Counted from the first letter of the whole stretch, positions 1 through 12,440 are shown. The stretch is DNA of 62,940 nucleotides, filler included, from Octopus bimaculoides (GCF_001194135.2; 4 parts of 4 records of this genome joined end to end with filler, not necessarily neighbours in it); one strand, 5' to 3'. The notes: generated by a model not told the origin, from the letters alone. Translations and numbers: made by a program.

Positions 1-355
1 ATATATATATATATATATATATATATAAAGAATTTGTATACTCAACTGCATACCATAAAAACGAGGTAATTCGGAAAGTAAGCGAGGAGTTATAAAACCA
101 TTAATGTAAATAACAACGTACTAAAATTATAAGAATTTAGAATATAGAAGAATATAAAAAGAATGTAAACATATAACAATAAGGGTGAAAATAAATTGAG
201 AAATATGAAATATATTGAGATATAGTGGGTTAATGAAAAGGTATTTTAGAATTAATGTAGGCGAATAATATGTCTCGTAGGGGAATTAGAGAGAATTATG
301 AAGCTTGAAACATGTGTACCGCGATATCCTTTGTGTTCTGTTTTTAATTTATGTT

Positions 356-392
<37 letters not shown>

Positions 393-1293
393 AATATTCT
401 GTTGTATCTGGGGAGAGGCATTCTCTTTTGGTGCCTTATAATTTAACACACTCACCGGTGAAATTTCCACTTATTTCCTTTTTTATTTTTCTAAAATTTT
501 CGTTGAATCTTGTAAACTTTTTTCAATATTGAAAAAGTTGCNNNNNNNNNNNNNNNNNNNNNNNNNNNNNNNNNNNNNNNNNNNNNNNNNNNNNNNNNNN
601 NNNNNNNNNNNNNNNNNNNNNNNNNNNNNNNNNNNNNNNNNNNNNNNNNNNNNNNNNNNNNNNNNNNNNNNNNNNNNNNNNNNNNNNNNNNNNNNNNNNN
701 NNNNNNNNNNNNNNNNNNNNNNNNNNNNNNNNNNNNNNNNNNNNNNNNNNNNNNNNNNNNNNNNNNNNNNNNNNNNNNNNNNNNNNNNNNNNNNNNNNNN
801 NNNNNNNNNNNNNNNNNNNNNNNNNNNNNNNNNNNNNNNNNNNNNNNNNNNNNNNNNNNNNNNNNNNNNNNNNNNNNNNNNNNNNNNNNNNNNNNNNNNN
901 NNNNNNNNNNNNNNNNNNNNNNNNNNNNNNNNNNNNNNNNNNNNNNNNNNNNNNNNNNNNNNNNNNNNNNNNNNNNNNNNNNNNNNNNNNNNNNNNNNNN
1001 NNNNNNNNNNNNNNNNNNNNNNNNNNNNNNNNNNNNNNNNNNNNNNNNNNNNNNNNNNNNNNNNNNNNNNNNNNNNNNNNNNNNNNNNNNNNNNNNNNNN
1101 NNNNNNNNNNNNNNNNNNNNNNNNNNNNNNNNNNNNNNNNNNNNNNNNNNNNNNNNNNNNNNNNNNNNNNNNNNNNNNNNNNNNNNNNNNNNNNNNNNNN
1201 NNNNNNGAGAGAGAGAGAGAGAGAGAGGAAGAGACAGGGAGAGATGGAAGGGGGAGGTTCAGTCCATATTATATCGTGATTATATTATATAAT

Positions 1294-1470
1294 CTTTTCT
1301 GCTCTAGGCACAAGGCACGAATTTTTTGGGGAGGTATCCAGTCGATTAGATAGACCCCAGTACGCAACTAGTACTTAATTTATCGACCCCGAAAAGATGA
1401 AAGACAAAGTCAACCTCGGCGGGATTTGAACTCAGAACGTAAAGACACACGAAATACCGCTAAGCATTTG
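1294..1470 (-). mobile_element. tRNA-derived SINE, family A (octopod), head truncated
   Basis: Reverse complement of GAAATGCTTAGCGGTATTTCG..GTTCTGAGTTCAAAT..GAGGTTGACTTT..TTTCGGGGTCGATAAA..GTACTGGGGTC, the same motif set as the other copies in the window. Confidence 0.85.
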
Positions 1471-1720
1471 ATGAAAGGTGATTACGCATTCTGGATTTGA
1501 AGTTTCGAGATGTTGAACCTTTATAGGTAAAGCTGTTAGCATTAGTTGTTATATTACCGTTGCAGACTATATTATTAACTAAACAGTTCCTATTAATCGG
1601 ACAAGTGTTCATGTCACGGGAGTTGCACATTCTAGGTGAAGCCAGGTAAGTACTATCACTATTATTATATAAGCTAGATGAAGTATTAAGACTTATCGAA
1701 TGACTTGAAGATTCAATAAC
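1471..1720 (-). mobile_element. Penelope-like element remnant, GIY-YIG endonuclease region (copy 1)
   Basis: ORF 1460-1813(-) reads CNSRDMNTCPINRNCLVNNIVCNG..SFTYKGSTSRNFKSRMRNH, matching the C..CP..C..NIVY..YIG.T..FK.R..NH pattern of PLE GIY-YIG domains. Confidence 0.65.
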
Positions 1721-1849
1721 AGTACTACTATGGCTGGCATCATTATTATTGCTAACACTAGCAGGGTGCTCATAGTTCAAATGAACGTGCGCAGACGCAT
1801 GAAATTCAATCACATCAGAGTTATTACAACTATTAGGACATCAGTATTT

Positions 1850-2130
1850 GTTTTAATACTTCAAGTTCTATTAGTCTTAATACTTCAAACAGCTTATATA
1901 ACAACGATGATAGTCCTAACCTAGTTGCTCCTAGAATGTGCAACTGTTGTGACACAAATACCTGTCCGATTAATAGAACCTTTCTCAGTCTTGGCTCCAG
2001 TGGTTCTATGTACGCCAGCTCGATTAAGGTTTTTATTATCAACTACAAGGAACTGTATATTGATGACAGTATCAGTAGGTGCATGGCATCTATTTTCAAC
2101 CATAATATACTGCAAAATATATTAAACAAA
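1850..2130 (+). mobile_element. Penelope-like element remnant, GIY-YIG region (copy 2, inverted relative to copy 1)
   Basis: 1850-1978 is about 80% identical by hand alignment to the reverse complement of 1590-1720. ORF reads CNCCDTNTCPINR..ELYIDDSISRCMASIFNH, a degenerate YIG..R..NH. Confidence 0.5.
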
Positions 2131-2339
2131 GCTCCTTCTAGAATTCCTCATGAGAAGTCCATGAGGTCGGCTATGTCTCGATCTCGTGTGTGCTGGCACA
2201 TCCGTAGACCTGCTTCTAAGTTATGTGTTATACCTGTAGCTTCCTTTTTTTTATTTCCCTTCTCCTTTTTTCCTCTTTTTTTTTTGTTATAAACAATACA
2301 TGAGCATGTTATCAAACATGAACCTACACGCATCCAGAT

Positions 2340-2935
2340 ATAGCTAAATATATTGATTACCAGCCTCCAGTCTGTTGTTAATTTTGGGCCCTAGTCTGTG
2401 TATGAGTATAGCTTCTTTAATTCTTAAATTACCCAAATTTCTTTCATTAGCCTCAGTTGTGACTGTTATGCTTTTGTCGGTGTTCCGTCATCTGTCTAGA
2501 TGTTTTCTGGAGGAGAAGGCTCTCGTGTTCAGATGTTCTTTGATGCGGACGTGTAACGGTTTTGTTGTGGTACCCACATAGAACTTGTTGCATTTGTTAT
2601 ATTGTATTCTATACACAACATTTATTCGTTGGCATAAATCTGTGTCATGGATGGGACAGTTTATTAGTGTACATTGATTGTTGTCCCTTTTTCGTTTCTT
2701 TGCGGGGTGTCTTCTCAGAGAGGGGCCGGAGTAGGTTAGTCCTTCTCTTCTTATTGCTCTTCGGATGGCTGTAGTTATCCTCTCGCTAAAATGGGATGTT
2801 TTAAGGAAGCATGTGTTGCTGGGTTTTCTATGTGTTCGTCTTGGGTACTTAAGCTGATTTACAATGGATCTAGGGTGCCCGTTGGTTTTCAATATATCTA
2901 GGACGCGTGTAGTTTGGGTCACCTTGTCCTCTGTC
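2340..2935 (-). mobile_element. Penelope-like element 3' part with GIY-YIG endonuclease (different family)
   Basis: ORF 2488-2961(-) has CTLINCPIHDTDLCQRINVVYRIQYNKCNKFYVGTTTKPLHVRIKEH. After a stop the frame continues NLRIKEAILIHRLGPKINN, the typical PLE endonuclease C-terminus. Confidence 0.85.
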
Positions 2936-3149
2936 CTGCGAGATGGCAGAAATGTTAGCACGCTGGGCGAAATGCTTAGCGGTATTTCGTTTGTCTTTAT
3001 GTTCTGAGTTCAAATTCCAACAAGGTCGACTTTGCTTTTCATCCTTTCAGGCTCGATAAATTAAGTACGAGTTGCGTACTGGGGTCGATCTAATTGATTG
3101 GCCTCCTCCCCCAAAATTTCGGGCCTTGTACCTCGAGTACAAAAGAATA
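2935..3149 (+). mobile_element. SINE family A, near full length
   Basis: GGCAGAAATGTTAGCACGCTGGGCGAAATGCTTAGCGGTATTTCG..GTTCAAATTCC (B box)..CATCCTTTCAGGCTCGATAAATTAAGTAC..GGGCCTTGT tail. Confidence 0.9.
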
Positions 3150-3318
3150 TTGTGTTCTGCTGAGTTTGCAGTATTTTTAAATCATTTATTAAGGTCATCT
3201 CTTCAGATTTTCTTTAGAAATTACGGCCAGCACTGATTTGTTACAACGTTTCTTATTTGACTATGCCTAATGTAAACAACAATGAGATCGAAGATAAAAA
3301 AGAGGTAATGGGTATATA

Positions 3319-3597
3319 CAGTGGCGGACTGGGTCTAAAAATATTGGTTGCCAGGAGACTAAGAGGGCCGACCCGCAACTACAATGCTATCATTTAATTT
3401 TCTTCTTTTTTTTGTTAAAAGTATTCTTTTCAACTGTCTACAAACACATCCAGGCTGAAATAATTAATGCATTCTTCCATGTGTGAATAAAAAGGATCTC
3501 AAACTTGATACTAACATGGGCCGCCATATATGGATTCTAATGCCGCAGGAGCCCACTTAACATCGGGCAAGATGGTAACCTGACCAGTCCGCTATAT
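3319..3597. mobile_element. Possible degenerate hAT-type MITE
   Basis: Left end CAGTGGCGGACTGG, right end CCAGTCCGC (9-bp inverted match). No clear 8-bp TSD. Confidence 0.3.
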
Positions 3598-3699
3598 TTA
3601 GTGACCATTCTATAGAAAATCTGGAGAGGTAACATTAAAGCTTAATGCATCCAAGACTATACTAATAGACTATACTGAATATAAGGCAGAGGGTTGGTA

Positions 3700-3890
3700 G
3701 GATAATTGACACGGCTGTTTACAGTATTTCATCGAACTTTACTTTCTGAAATTCAAATTCCTCTGGGATCGACCTTGCCTTTCATCCCGTCTAGGTCGAT
3801 AAAATAACTATCGGTCGAGCACTAAGTTCGATCTAATAGACTTAACCCGTTCCCAAAATTGCTGGCCTTGTGCCAAAATTTGAAATTTAT
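3700..3890 (+). mobile_element. SINE family A, diverged
   Basis: TTCAAATTCC..TCGACCTTGCCTTTCATCC..GGTCGATAAAATAAC..GCTGGCCTTGTGCCAAAATTTGAAA. Confidence 0.75.
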
Positions 3891-4360
3891 ATTAGTGTAT
3901 ATTATCTTCAGCCATTTATAAGAAAACAAGGTGTGTGATGAAAGACAGCTGTTGTTGCTATTTTTAACAAGTCGGTATAACAGGTTCGAGTAAAGCATGC
4001 ATACTGTTTCCTAAAATATGTAGCTCTGCAACGATGTGACAAATCTAAGGAATTCTAAAACGATTTACAATATGTCCGCTGGATTTAGCATTTTGTGAAG
4101 GAAAAAGCAAAAAAAGAAGGTTGCTGTAAATAAGAAAATATACGACAAGACTCTCCTCTTTAATTGAAAATGTTTCTACATGAAATATATTCCCCATTCG
4201 TTTCAAACTTTTCTCTCTCTCTCCCTCTATCTCTATCTATCTCTCTCCTTCTCATCAGATAGAACTGATGAAACTCGTGACGTACAAATAATTGTGATTT
4301 CACTCAGTAAGTACTGTGAAGTTATATATATAATTATATATATAAAGTATGCATGTATAC

Positions 4361-4402
<42 letters not shown>

Positions 4403-5892
4403 NNNNNNNNNNNNNNNNNNNNNNNNNNNNNNNNNNNNNNNNNNNNNNNNNNNNNNNNNNNNNNNNNNNNNNNNNNNNNNNNNNNNNNNNNNNNNNNNNN
4501 NNNNNNNNNNNNNNNNNNNNNNNNNNNNNNNNNNNNNNNNNNNNNNNNNNNNNNNNNNNNNNNNNNNNNNNNNNNNNNNNNNNNNNNNNNNNNNNNNNNN
4601 NNNNNNNNNNNNNNNNNNNNNNNNNNNNNNNNNNNNNNNNNNNNNNNNNNNNNNNNNNNNNNNNNNNNNNNNNNNNNNNNNNNNNNNNNNNNNNNNNNNN
4701 NNNNNNNNNNNNNNNNNNNNNNNNNNNNNNNNNNNNNNNNNNNNNNNNNNNNNNNNNNNNNNNNNNNNNNNNNNNNNNNNNNNNNNNNNNNNNNNNNNNN
4801 NNNNNNNNNNNNNNNNNNNNNNNNNNNNNNNNNNNNNNNNNNNNNNNNNNNNNNNNNNNNNNNNNNNNNNNNNNNNNNNNNNNNNNNNNNNNNNNNNNNN
4901 NNNNNNNNNNNNNNNNNNNNNNNNNNNNNNNNNNNNNNNNNNNNNNNNNNNNNNNNNNNNNNNNNNNNNNNNNNNNNNNNNNNNNNNNNNNNNNNNNNNN
5001 NNNNNNNNNNNNNNNNNNNNNNNNNNNNNNNNNNNNNNNNNNNNNNNNNNNNNNNNNNNNNNNNNNNNNNNNNNNNNNNNNNNNNNNNNNNNNNNNNNNN
5101 NNNNNNNNNNNNNNNNNNNNNNNNNNNNNNNNNNNNNNNNNNNNNATATATATATATTTATATGTATGTATTTATATATCTATATATACATACATACACG
5201 CCTATATATACATACATTTTCCATAGATTCTTCGAAGAGAGAATTATCAAAGCTATTGTTTGTTATATATTAGACCTGAAATATCTTACTCACTTTCTTC
5301 AGTCCGGTACTGACAAATTTCGGCAGCCATTACGAGAGCTTCAAATCAAAGGTGTATCGAAATTAATGAGAAAAGCGACAAAGACAATATATATAATACT
5401 GCTTGGGTTACACAAATCAAACGACAGAGTGAGAGAGTGAGAGAGAGAGGCAGAGAGACAGAGTAAGAAATACGAGACAGAGACTGGGATAGAGAGAGAG
5501 ATGAAGACACGCAATTCTAGTGCCATATTTCGCTGGACAAGATTCACTGACTAATACAATCTACGTGGGCGTCTGTCTCCGATTTAATGCATAACGTGTC
5601 AGGCAACAATTGATGTATTTCCCGAGATTTTCAAGTTTTTCGTTAAGATGAAACAAACTCTGGTGGGCGTTGCGTATTGTTTGTCCATAAGATAGTTCAG
5701 TTTGTTATATATGTATGTATTTTGTGTGCGTACGTGTCTGTCAGTGTGTGTACCTGTGTATGTGTGAGTGTGAGCAAGCATACAAAGGTGAGGAGTACAT
5801 TTTGTATGTGAAGTAAATATACTTTTTTACTATTTTGTAATTGAGTCAGTGTATATTATTTGTCTGCACACAGAAACACAGATATATATATT

Positions 5893-5934
<42 letters not shown>

Positions 5935-5935
<1 letters not shown>

Positions 5936-6122
5936 CAAAGTTGGACCTCTTCCTATCGAGAGTCCCAGATGAACCTACCTCGCGGCAGGAGGTGCAAATG
6001 AGGGTTGCTAAATCAAACTCCATTCTTCACCAAGTGCCACATATTGTAAGAGGCTCCCTGTAATAACAGTGTAGCAACACGGTGGTGCATCAGCATGGCC
6101 GCAGCTCTAAGCTGAAACTTTA
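5935..6122 (+). mobile_element. CR1-type LINE extreme 3' end (5'-truncated)
   Basis: Translation KLDLFLSRVPDEPTSRQEVQMRVAKSNSILHQV resembles the CR1 ORF2 terminal KLD.FL..VPDEP..RAA.SNS..Q motif. Tail CAGCATGGCCGCAG..CTGAAAC follows. Confidence 0.7.
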
Positions 6123-6502
6123 AAATATATATATATNNNNNNNNNNNNNNNNNNNNNNNNNNNNNNNNNNNNNNNNNNNNNNNNNNNNNNNNNNNNNNNN
6201 NNNNNNNNNNNNNNNNNNNNNNNNNNNNNNNNNNNNNNNNNNNNNNNNNNNNNNNNNNNNNNNNNNNNNNNNNNNNNNNNNNNNNNNNNNNNNNNNNNNN
6301 NNNNNNNNNNNNNNNNNNNNNNNNNNNNNNNNNNNNNNNNNNNNNNNNNNNNNNNNNNNNNNNNNNNNNNNNNNNNNNNNNNNNNNNNNNNNNNNNNNNN
6401 NNNNNNNNNNNNNNNNNNNNNNNNNNNNNNNNNNNNNNNNNNNNNNNNNNNNNNNNNNNNNNNNNNNNNNNNNNNNNNNNNNNNNNNNNNNNNNNNNNNN
6501 NN

Positions 6503-6535
<33 letters not shown>

Positions 6536-7059
6536 TATATATATATATATGTGTGTGTGTGTACGCACACACTCACATACATCCATATAAATGCACAAAC
6601 ATATATATATACATATGTATATGTTAATCTATGAACATTCATCTATATTTACACTTATGTACATATACGTATATGTTTCCGCACATATGCACACAAGCTT
6701 GTATATATACGTGTGTGTGTGTGTGTGTGTGTGCATAACAACATTTACAGATAAATGCTTTCAAATTTTAATAGCTGTCAAGATCAAGGACACAATACAT
6801 GCCTTGATTAATATTTTCAACAATTTGTTTGCGTTGGTTTCGCTAATCCCCTTCTACTTTTCTCTACTGATGTTTGAATAATCACTACCGACGAATCATT
6901 GAAGTCACTGAGAATATCATTCCTATATGAAATACATATACATGCATATATACATATCTATACACAGACACATATATGTGTGTGTCTGTGCATAGATATG
7001 TATGTTTGTATGTAAATCTATATATATTGATAATTTACATATATATTTCTTTTATCTTT

Positions 7060-7935
7060 TACTTTTATCTTTCAACACCCGTTAGCACCTTTTTCTTTTT
7101 TGCGGTGGGAGAGGAAGAGTCCTCCGGTTTACCCGGAGGACTCAATCCCCCTTCCAACTCTACATTTGTTTGAAGTTTCGGCGGGCTACTATTAATGCCC
7201 GCCTTTCTCTTTTTCCTCTTTCTGTTGAGGCCACCGTCTCCTCACTCTTTTTCTCCTGCCGAGCAGGACTACTTTTTTTAATGGGTGTCTGCTCCTGGGC
7301 CACTTTCGTGTCCCGGCGACAATCCTTTTTCAAATGGCCAGACTCTAGGCATCCGTGACACTTGGTGGGGGGGGCGTCCCTCAAGAATCACAGGATACCT
7401 AGATCCTGCCATGGTCAAGTAGTCTCGAAAGACCAGACTGTCATCGTCTAACTGGGTCCATGACGTTAATATGGCCTTAGCCCCGACCCAGTCAGTAGAT
7501 GGCAACAATTTTACATTTAACAATTTAGTGTCTCTGGTGCCACCAAGTCCCCTTTGGATGGTTTCGGCCAACCAACTCTCTTTTAAACCCGGTGGCAACC
7601 CGCAGACAAACGCCCGCTTACATTTTCTGCCACAATGAGAGGAGGAACAAAATTCTTCCCCTTCCAGGGGCTGACTGGCGAACTTACATGCCATCTTCGG
7701 GGTTCCAAACAGCAACCATATAGTTGCATATTTCGAACCCCTGACGATATGCTTTATCGTCGTCATGTACTCCACCAGCACCTTTTCTATTTCTAGCCTA
7801 GAAAAGGGGACAATGGTATCTAACGACTTTGAATAAGTCCTTAGAACCACCGTCCTCCTTTCCAAATCTGTCACCCATTCTTTGGGTGGGTTAATTTCCC
7901 ACACGAAAGCAGTGTTATTTTTCTATTGTTCATGT
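7060..7935 (-). mobile_element. Tx1/L1-type ORF1 (gag-like, CCHC zinc knuckle), frameshifted, no ORF2
   Basis: ORF 7278-7904(-) ends VILEGRPP. Removing one C from the 8-base run at 7367-7374 joins it to TKCHGCLESGHLKKDC (CX2CX4HX4C) of ORF 7160-7384. Confidence 0.75.
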
Positions 7936-7989
7936 TTTAACTGCAAAAAATAATAATAAACAAGCAAAAAAAGAAAAAACAAAGTTCAC

Positions 7990-8265
7990 AGTTAAATGTC
8001 TGCCCTCTGGCGTATTTGAACTCCTGACCAGGCCTGTGTACTCCAATATAGGTAATCCAATAATTGGTTCACAAATATTGGTGCTCGTAGTATAATCCAA
8101 TTGTGAAAATCTTCATAAATTAAATTTTTTTTTTTTTTTTCTTTTTTCAATAAATTGAATTTACGACACAGCTACATTCGCCGTGTTGTTCAAATTAAAT
8201 GTCTTTTGGCCTATTCAAACTCCTGGCAATCCTACGTAATCCAATATAGGTACTCCACAATGATT
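7990..8265. repeat. Diverged ~70-bp direct repeat upstream of the ORF1 (about 7991-8065 and 8194-8262)
   Basis: Both copies read TTAAATGTCT..TGGC.TATT..AACTCCTG..GTA.TCCAATATAGGTA.TCCA. Confidence 0.7.
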
Positions 8266-8329
8266 TTAGGCATAAAAACAGACGTTCGCCGCGAACTTTG
8301 CAGCAAGCAACACTTCTTTTCATAAACAA

Positions 8330-8385
8330 ATACAAAAAGTCTTCCAAATACAGAAAGTCTTCCAAATACAGAAAGTCTTCTGAAA
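8330..8385. repeat. 18-bp tandem repeat (AGAAAGTCTTCCAAATAC) x~2.7
   Basis: Seen directly; gives KSSKYR repeats in ORF 8298-8507. Confidence 0.85.
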
Positions 8386-8682
8386 AATCAAAAATAGAAA
8401 GGAATTCTTGCGGCGAGGTAACGCCCACTGATAATTCTTCACTAAAACAAACGCAACCAAAGGAGGAAAAAAATGCCTCGAGGCCAGTGGAGATACCCTA
8501 TTTGTAAAAAATAACAATAAAATAACGTAGCCCCACTGTACCCCATAAACAAAATTTTTCCTACCCTTTAGCCGCATTACTAATTATCTTTCATGAACTG
8601 GTATTTACAACGGAGCCAGAATTAGCCGTGTTGTCTCCTTGGTTGACAACAACCTTGTTCTGCTCATGCGCGGTGAAGCAAG

Positions 8683-8920
8683 CTTCTTATTTCTTTATTG
8701 CCCACAAGGGTCTAAACATAGAGGGGACAAACAAGGACAGACAAAGGGATTAAGTCGATTATATCGACCCCAGTGCGTAACTGGTACTTAATTTATCGAC
8801 CCCGAAAGGATGAAAGGCAAGGTCGACCTCGGCGGAATTTGACCTCAGAACGCAAAGACAGACGAAATACCGCTAAGCATTTCGCCCGTTCTGCTAACGT
8901 TTCTGCCAGATCGCCGACTT
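8683..8920 (-). mobile_element. SINE family A, full length, CpG-intact
   Basis: Plus strand has ATTTATCGACCCCGAAAGGATGAAAGGCAAGGTCGACCTCGGCGGAATTTG..GAAATACCGCTAAGCATTTCGCCCG. Confidence 0.9.
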
Positions 8921-9932
8921 CTTACCACACAGCTAATCCTTAGTAATTACTTATGCCTCGAAAATAAGGTAAGCTGTTAAATTCTTTATATATCATGTTA
9001 ACGATACCAAAATTGCTGTATTAATGCCAGCAAAATTAATTTGCCTTTCATTGTGAAGCAAACTCAGAAAACCTGTGATGTACGTCCCCAATTCTGATTA
9101 AGAATAAGCACGGCTGGCACTCGATGATGGGACCTAGTCACGTGGTATGATAATTCTATGGTACAGTTAATCTTGGTTTCATCTTTACCACGCGAAACCT
9201 CAGCAGTGTGAATGAATTCCTCTTCTGAAAACCCTTGAAGTGTAACCAATATTTTATAAAAGTATATACATACGTCTGAGGAACTTAACTTTCACTTAAT
9301 TCTCTTATTAATCATGAACTGTGTTAATTAGAATTAATGGTATGGAGACGTACTTGTATAGACAACATGAAAATACAACATTGATATTGAATACCTACCT
9401 TTATCAATATCGGAAACTTCACACAAAGCTTTCATTGAAGATTAACATAGATAATAGGCAAAAAATGCATGATTTTTCATAAATACATTACAGAAATATA
9501 AACTTTATGTAGATTATAACTCCACACTATATTTTATGATAAAGGATTTACTTCTGCGTCGAAATAAAAAGAAGAATACGTCTCGACGAGAACATATCGA
9601 GAAAAATGGATGTTAGACAAAGATATAAAATTGTATACAAAAGACTTTAAACAGTTCTCTGAATCAGGAATAAAAATACAAAGAAATCGTCTCCATTTCT
9701 GACAAAAAAAGAAATAGCTCCTGACAATAGGGTCGTGATGTGACTTATCTCAAGAGACACAGAGGTGTATAACCGCAAATGCTGAAACATGAGCTTTTGC
9801 ACGGAAAAGATACAATTGATATGATAAATATATGCATCTGTCTACTGTAATATATATGACAATTGTCTTCTTACTATCCATCACATATCTATATTTATTT
9901 AAATTAAGACACATACATATATATGTGTGTAT

Positions 9933-9974
<42 letters not shown>

Positions 9975-10499
9975 NNNNNNNNNNNNNNNNNNNNNNNNNN
10001 NNNNNNNNNNNNNNNNNNNNNNNNNNNNNNNNNNNNNNNNNNNNNNNNNNNNNNNNNNNNNNNNNNNNNNNNNNNNNNNNNNNNNNNNNNNNNNNNNNNN
10101 NNNNNNNNNNNNNNNNNNNNNNNNNNNNNNNNNNNNNNNNNNNNNNNNNNNNNNNNNNNNNNNNNNNNNNNNNNNNNNNNNNNNNNNNNNNNNNNNNNNN
10201 NNNNNNNNNNNNNNNNNNNNNNNNNNNNNNNNNNNNNNNNNNNNNNNNNNNNNNNNNNNNNNNNNNNNNNNNNNNNNNNNNNNNNNNNNNNNNNNNNNNN
10301 NNNNNNNNNNNNNNNNNNNNNNNNNNNNNNNNNNNNNNNNNNNNNNNNNNNNNNNNNNNNNNNNNNNNNNNNNNNNNNNNNNNNNNNNNNNNNNNNNNNN
10401 NNNNNNNNNNNNNNNNNNNNNNNNNNNNNNNNNNNNNNNNNNNNNNNNNNNNCTGGTTCAGGAAGATCCGGCCGTGCAAATGTGTCCCATCGGGTGATA

Positions 10500-11160
10500 C
10501 ATAGACACAACTCGTCAAAATATATATGCTAGTACGTCAATAACGACTGCTTACATGGAGATGAAACCATACTTCATTCCTTCCTATTGCAACCAAATCC
10601 CCACACACCAAATCAGTATTGATTCCATGAAAACTGTCCTCGAGAGTATCTGCCTATGTGGCCATGCCAATCTCTTCTCTTTTTACATAAATAAAACTCT
10701 CAAGCACTACATGTATCAAGAGAGCGCTTCTGCTGCTGATGTCCCCTAAACGTCAGCATATTCAGTTAGACCCTCTCCCATATATTAGGCGTCCCTGTCA
10801 ACGAAGATCTCGCCTGGCGAACGCCATATTTTTAAGATAGCTAGTGTCGCTTCCTAAATGTGGCCCTACACCTCAAAGCCGGGGAATATTTCATCCCATC
10901 CAAAAACAGCCGACACTCAAGAAAGCTTAATTATGACAAACAATATACAATTGGTCCCTGAGACTGTGTGGACGTTAGACAGACACATCTTGAACCACAT
11001 CCAAAGAATTATTACTCGACTCATTCGCATTAAATTACTGTCGGGAATACTCCAGGTTTGACCCAGGGTTGTACAATCTCCTACCAGTTTTTTCTATCAC
11101 TACAACAATAGACTGAGCTCTTCAGACATGGCTTGCTTTAAAACTCTACCACTGAGGGCT
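10500..11160 (+). mobile_element. CR1/Jockey-group LINE RT C-terminal remnant, heavily degenerate
   Basis: Fragments ILGVPVNEDLAWR and VWTLDRHILNHIQRIITRLI resemble the CR1 ILGV...DL.W and LD.IQRKAIRLI motifs. Confidence 0.55.
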
Positions 11161-11584
11161 TACCATCTTATATGTTAATATGTGTGCACGTGTGTATGTG
11201 TATCTATGTAAGTATATATAGACAGTTTATTCCTCCAAAATCACCGAGTAAGTATTCAAATGTGTATACATACACTCCGCTCTGAGTTTGTCTTTGTATT
11301 TATTTATTTAGTTAGTTAGTCAGTTATTGGTAACTTAAGCATTTCTAGGTTTCTATGCAGATCTCCTGTTTCGTAGCCCATTGCACGTAAGATGTTAATA
11401 GGAACGAATAAAAACTTATAACCGGGAGATAAAAGCTGGGGGGGGGGGTTATTATAAGTTCTCTAGAGATATTCTCCTATCCCCCAGTTTTTGAAGAGAC
11501 ATTCACATCCACTTGGTGGTGACGGGGGTCAACTGATCCCTATCGAGATCTCAAACAACTAAGTCTAGCCTGTTGTACTTACAC

Positions 11585-11637
11585 ACATGTATATATGTAG
11601 GTGTGTATGTATATCTATCTATCTATCTATCTATCTA

Positions 11638-11674
<37 letters not shown>

Positions 11675-11969
11675 GCATATATATATGTATGTATGTGTGC
11701 ATGCATATGTATACGCACACACACACACAAAAACACACACGCACACGCACTCATATACATATATATATACACACATACACAGCGTATACAAAATAATGAG
11801 TGTATGCATGTGGCTGTGCTCGTGTGTGTGTCTGTATATGACCGAAACTGATTGTGTGTCTATGTGCGCGTTTATGTGTGCGTGTGTGTCTATCTGTATA
11901 AGCTTATGTGAATGTGCGTGTGTACGTGTGTGTGCTCGTGTATGTGTGTGTATGTATGTGTGCGTACGT

Positions 11970-12008
<39 letters not shown>

Positions 12009-12030
12009 TGTGTGTGTGTGTGTGCGTTTG
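11585..12030. repeat. Compound microsatellite (ATCT/AT/AC/GT)
   Basis: Seen directly. Similar mosaics lie at 14380-14520, 15770-15835, 26140-27700, 36840-37125, 43095-43735, 56690-57000. Confidence 0.95.
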
Positions 12031-12289
12031 TCAATGAATACCTGCGTGTAAGTAAAGTATTTCGATATATCACGTATCTGCCATTCGTTATAATAAGATG
12101 TAGGCGGGATAATTTTACCGTTGTCTTTTCTCTTTCTTCTGCTGAGATTAATCACATCTCGGCAACTTTATAATAGGAAGAAGAGCAAGGGAAAAACTAT
12201 TCTAATCTACCATGACCATATACGTACCGTGTGGCGCAATTAGTTTAATACTTGTCTTCACAAAATGATGAATAAATTGATATGTTAGC

Positions 12290-12440
12290 GGTAGTGACGG
12301 CGGTGGGAATAGAGGTGGTGCTGGTGGTGGTGGTGGCGGCGGCGGTGGTGGCGGCGACGGCGGCGGCGGCGGTGATGGTAGTGCTGGTGCTAGTGGCGGT
12401 GATAGTGTTGGTGGCAGTGTCGGCGGTGGTGATAGTGGTG
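12290..12440. repeat. (GGT/GGC)n trinucleotide tract
   Basis: Seen directly; explains the Pro-rich ORF 12202-12462. Confidence 0.9.

Noticed and set aside
9064-9249. 61-aa minus-strand ORF in unique sequence
   Set aside because: Short, no recognisable motif, no ATG start, weak splice boundaries.
11573-12173. YI/CV/HT-repeat ORFs here and at 14326-14757, 26147-27678, 36754-37142, 43153-43828
   Set aside because: Translations of AT, GT and ATGT microsatellites.
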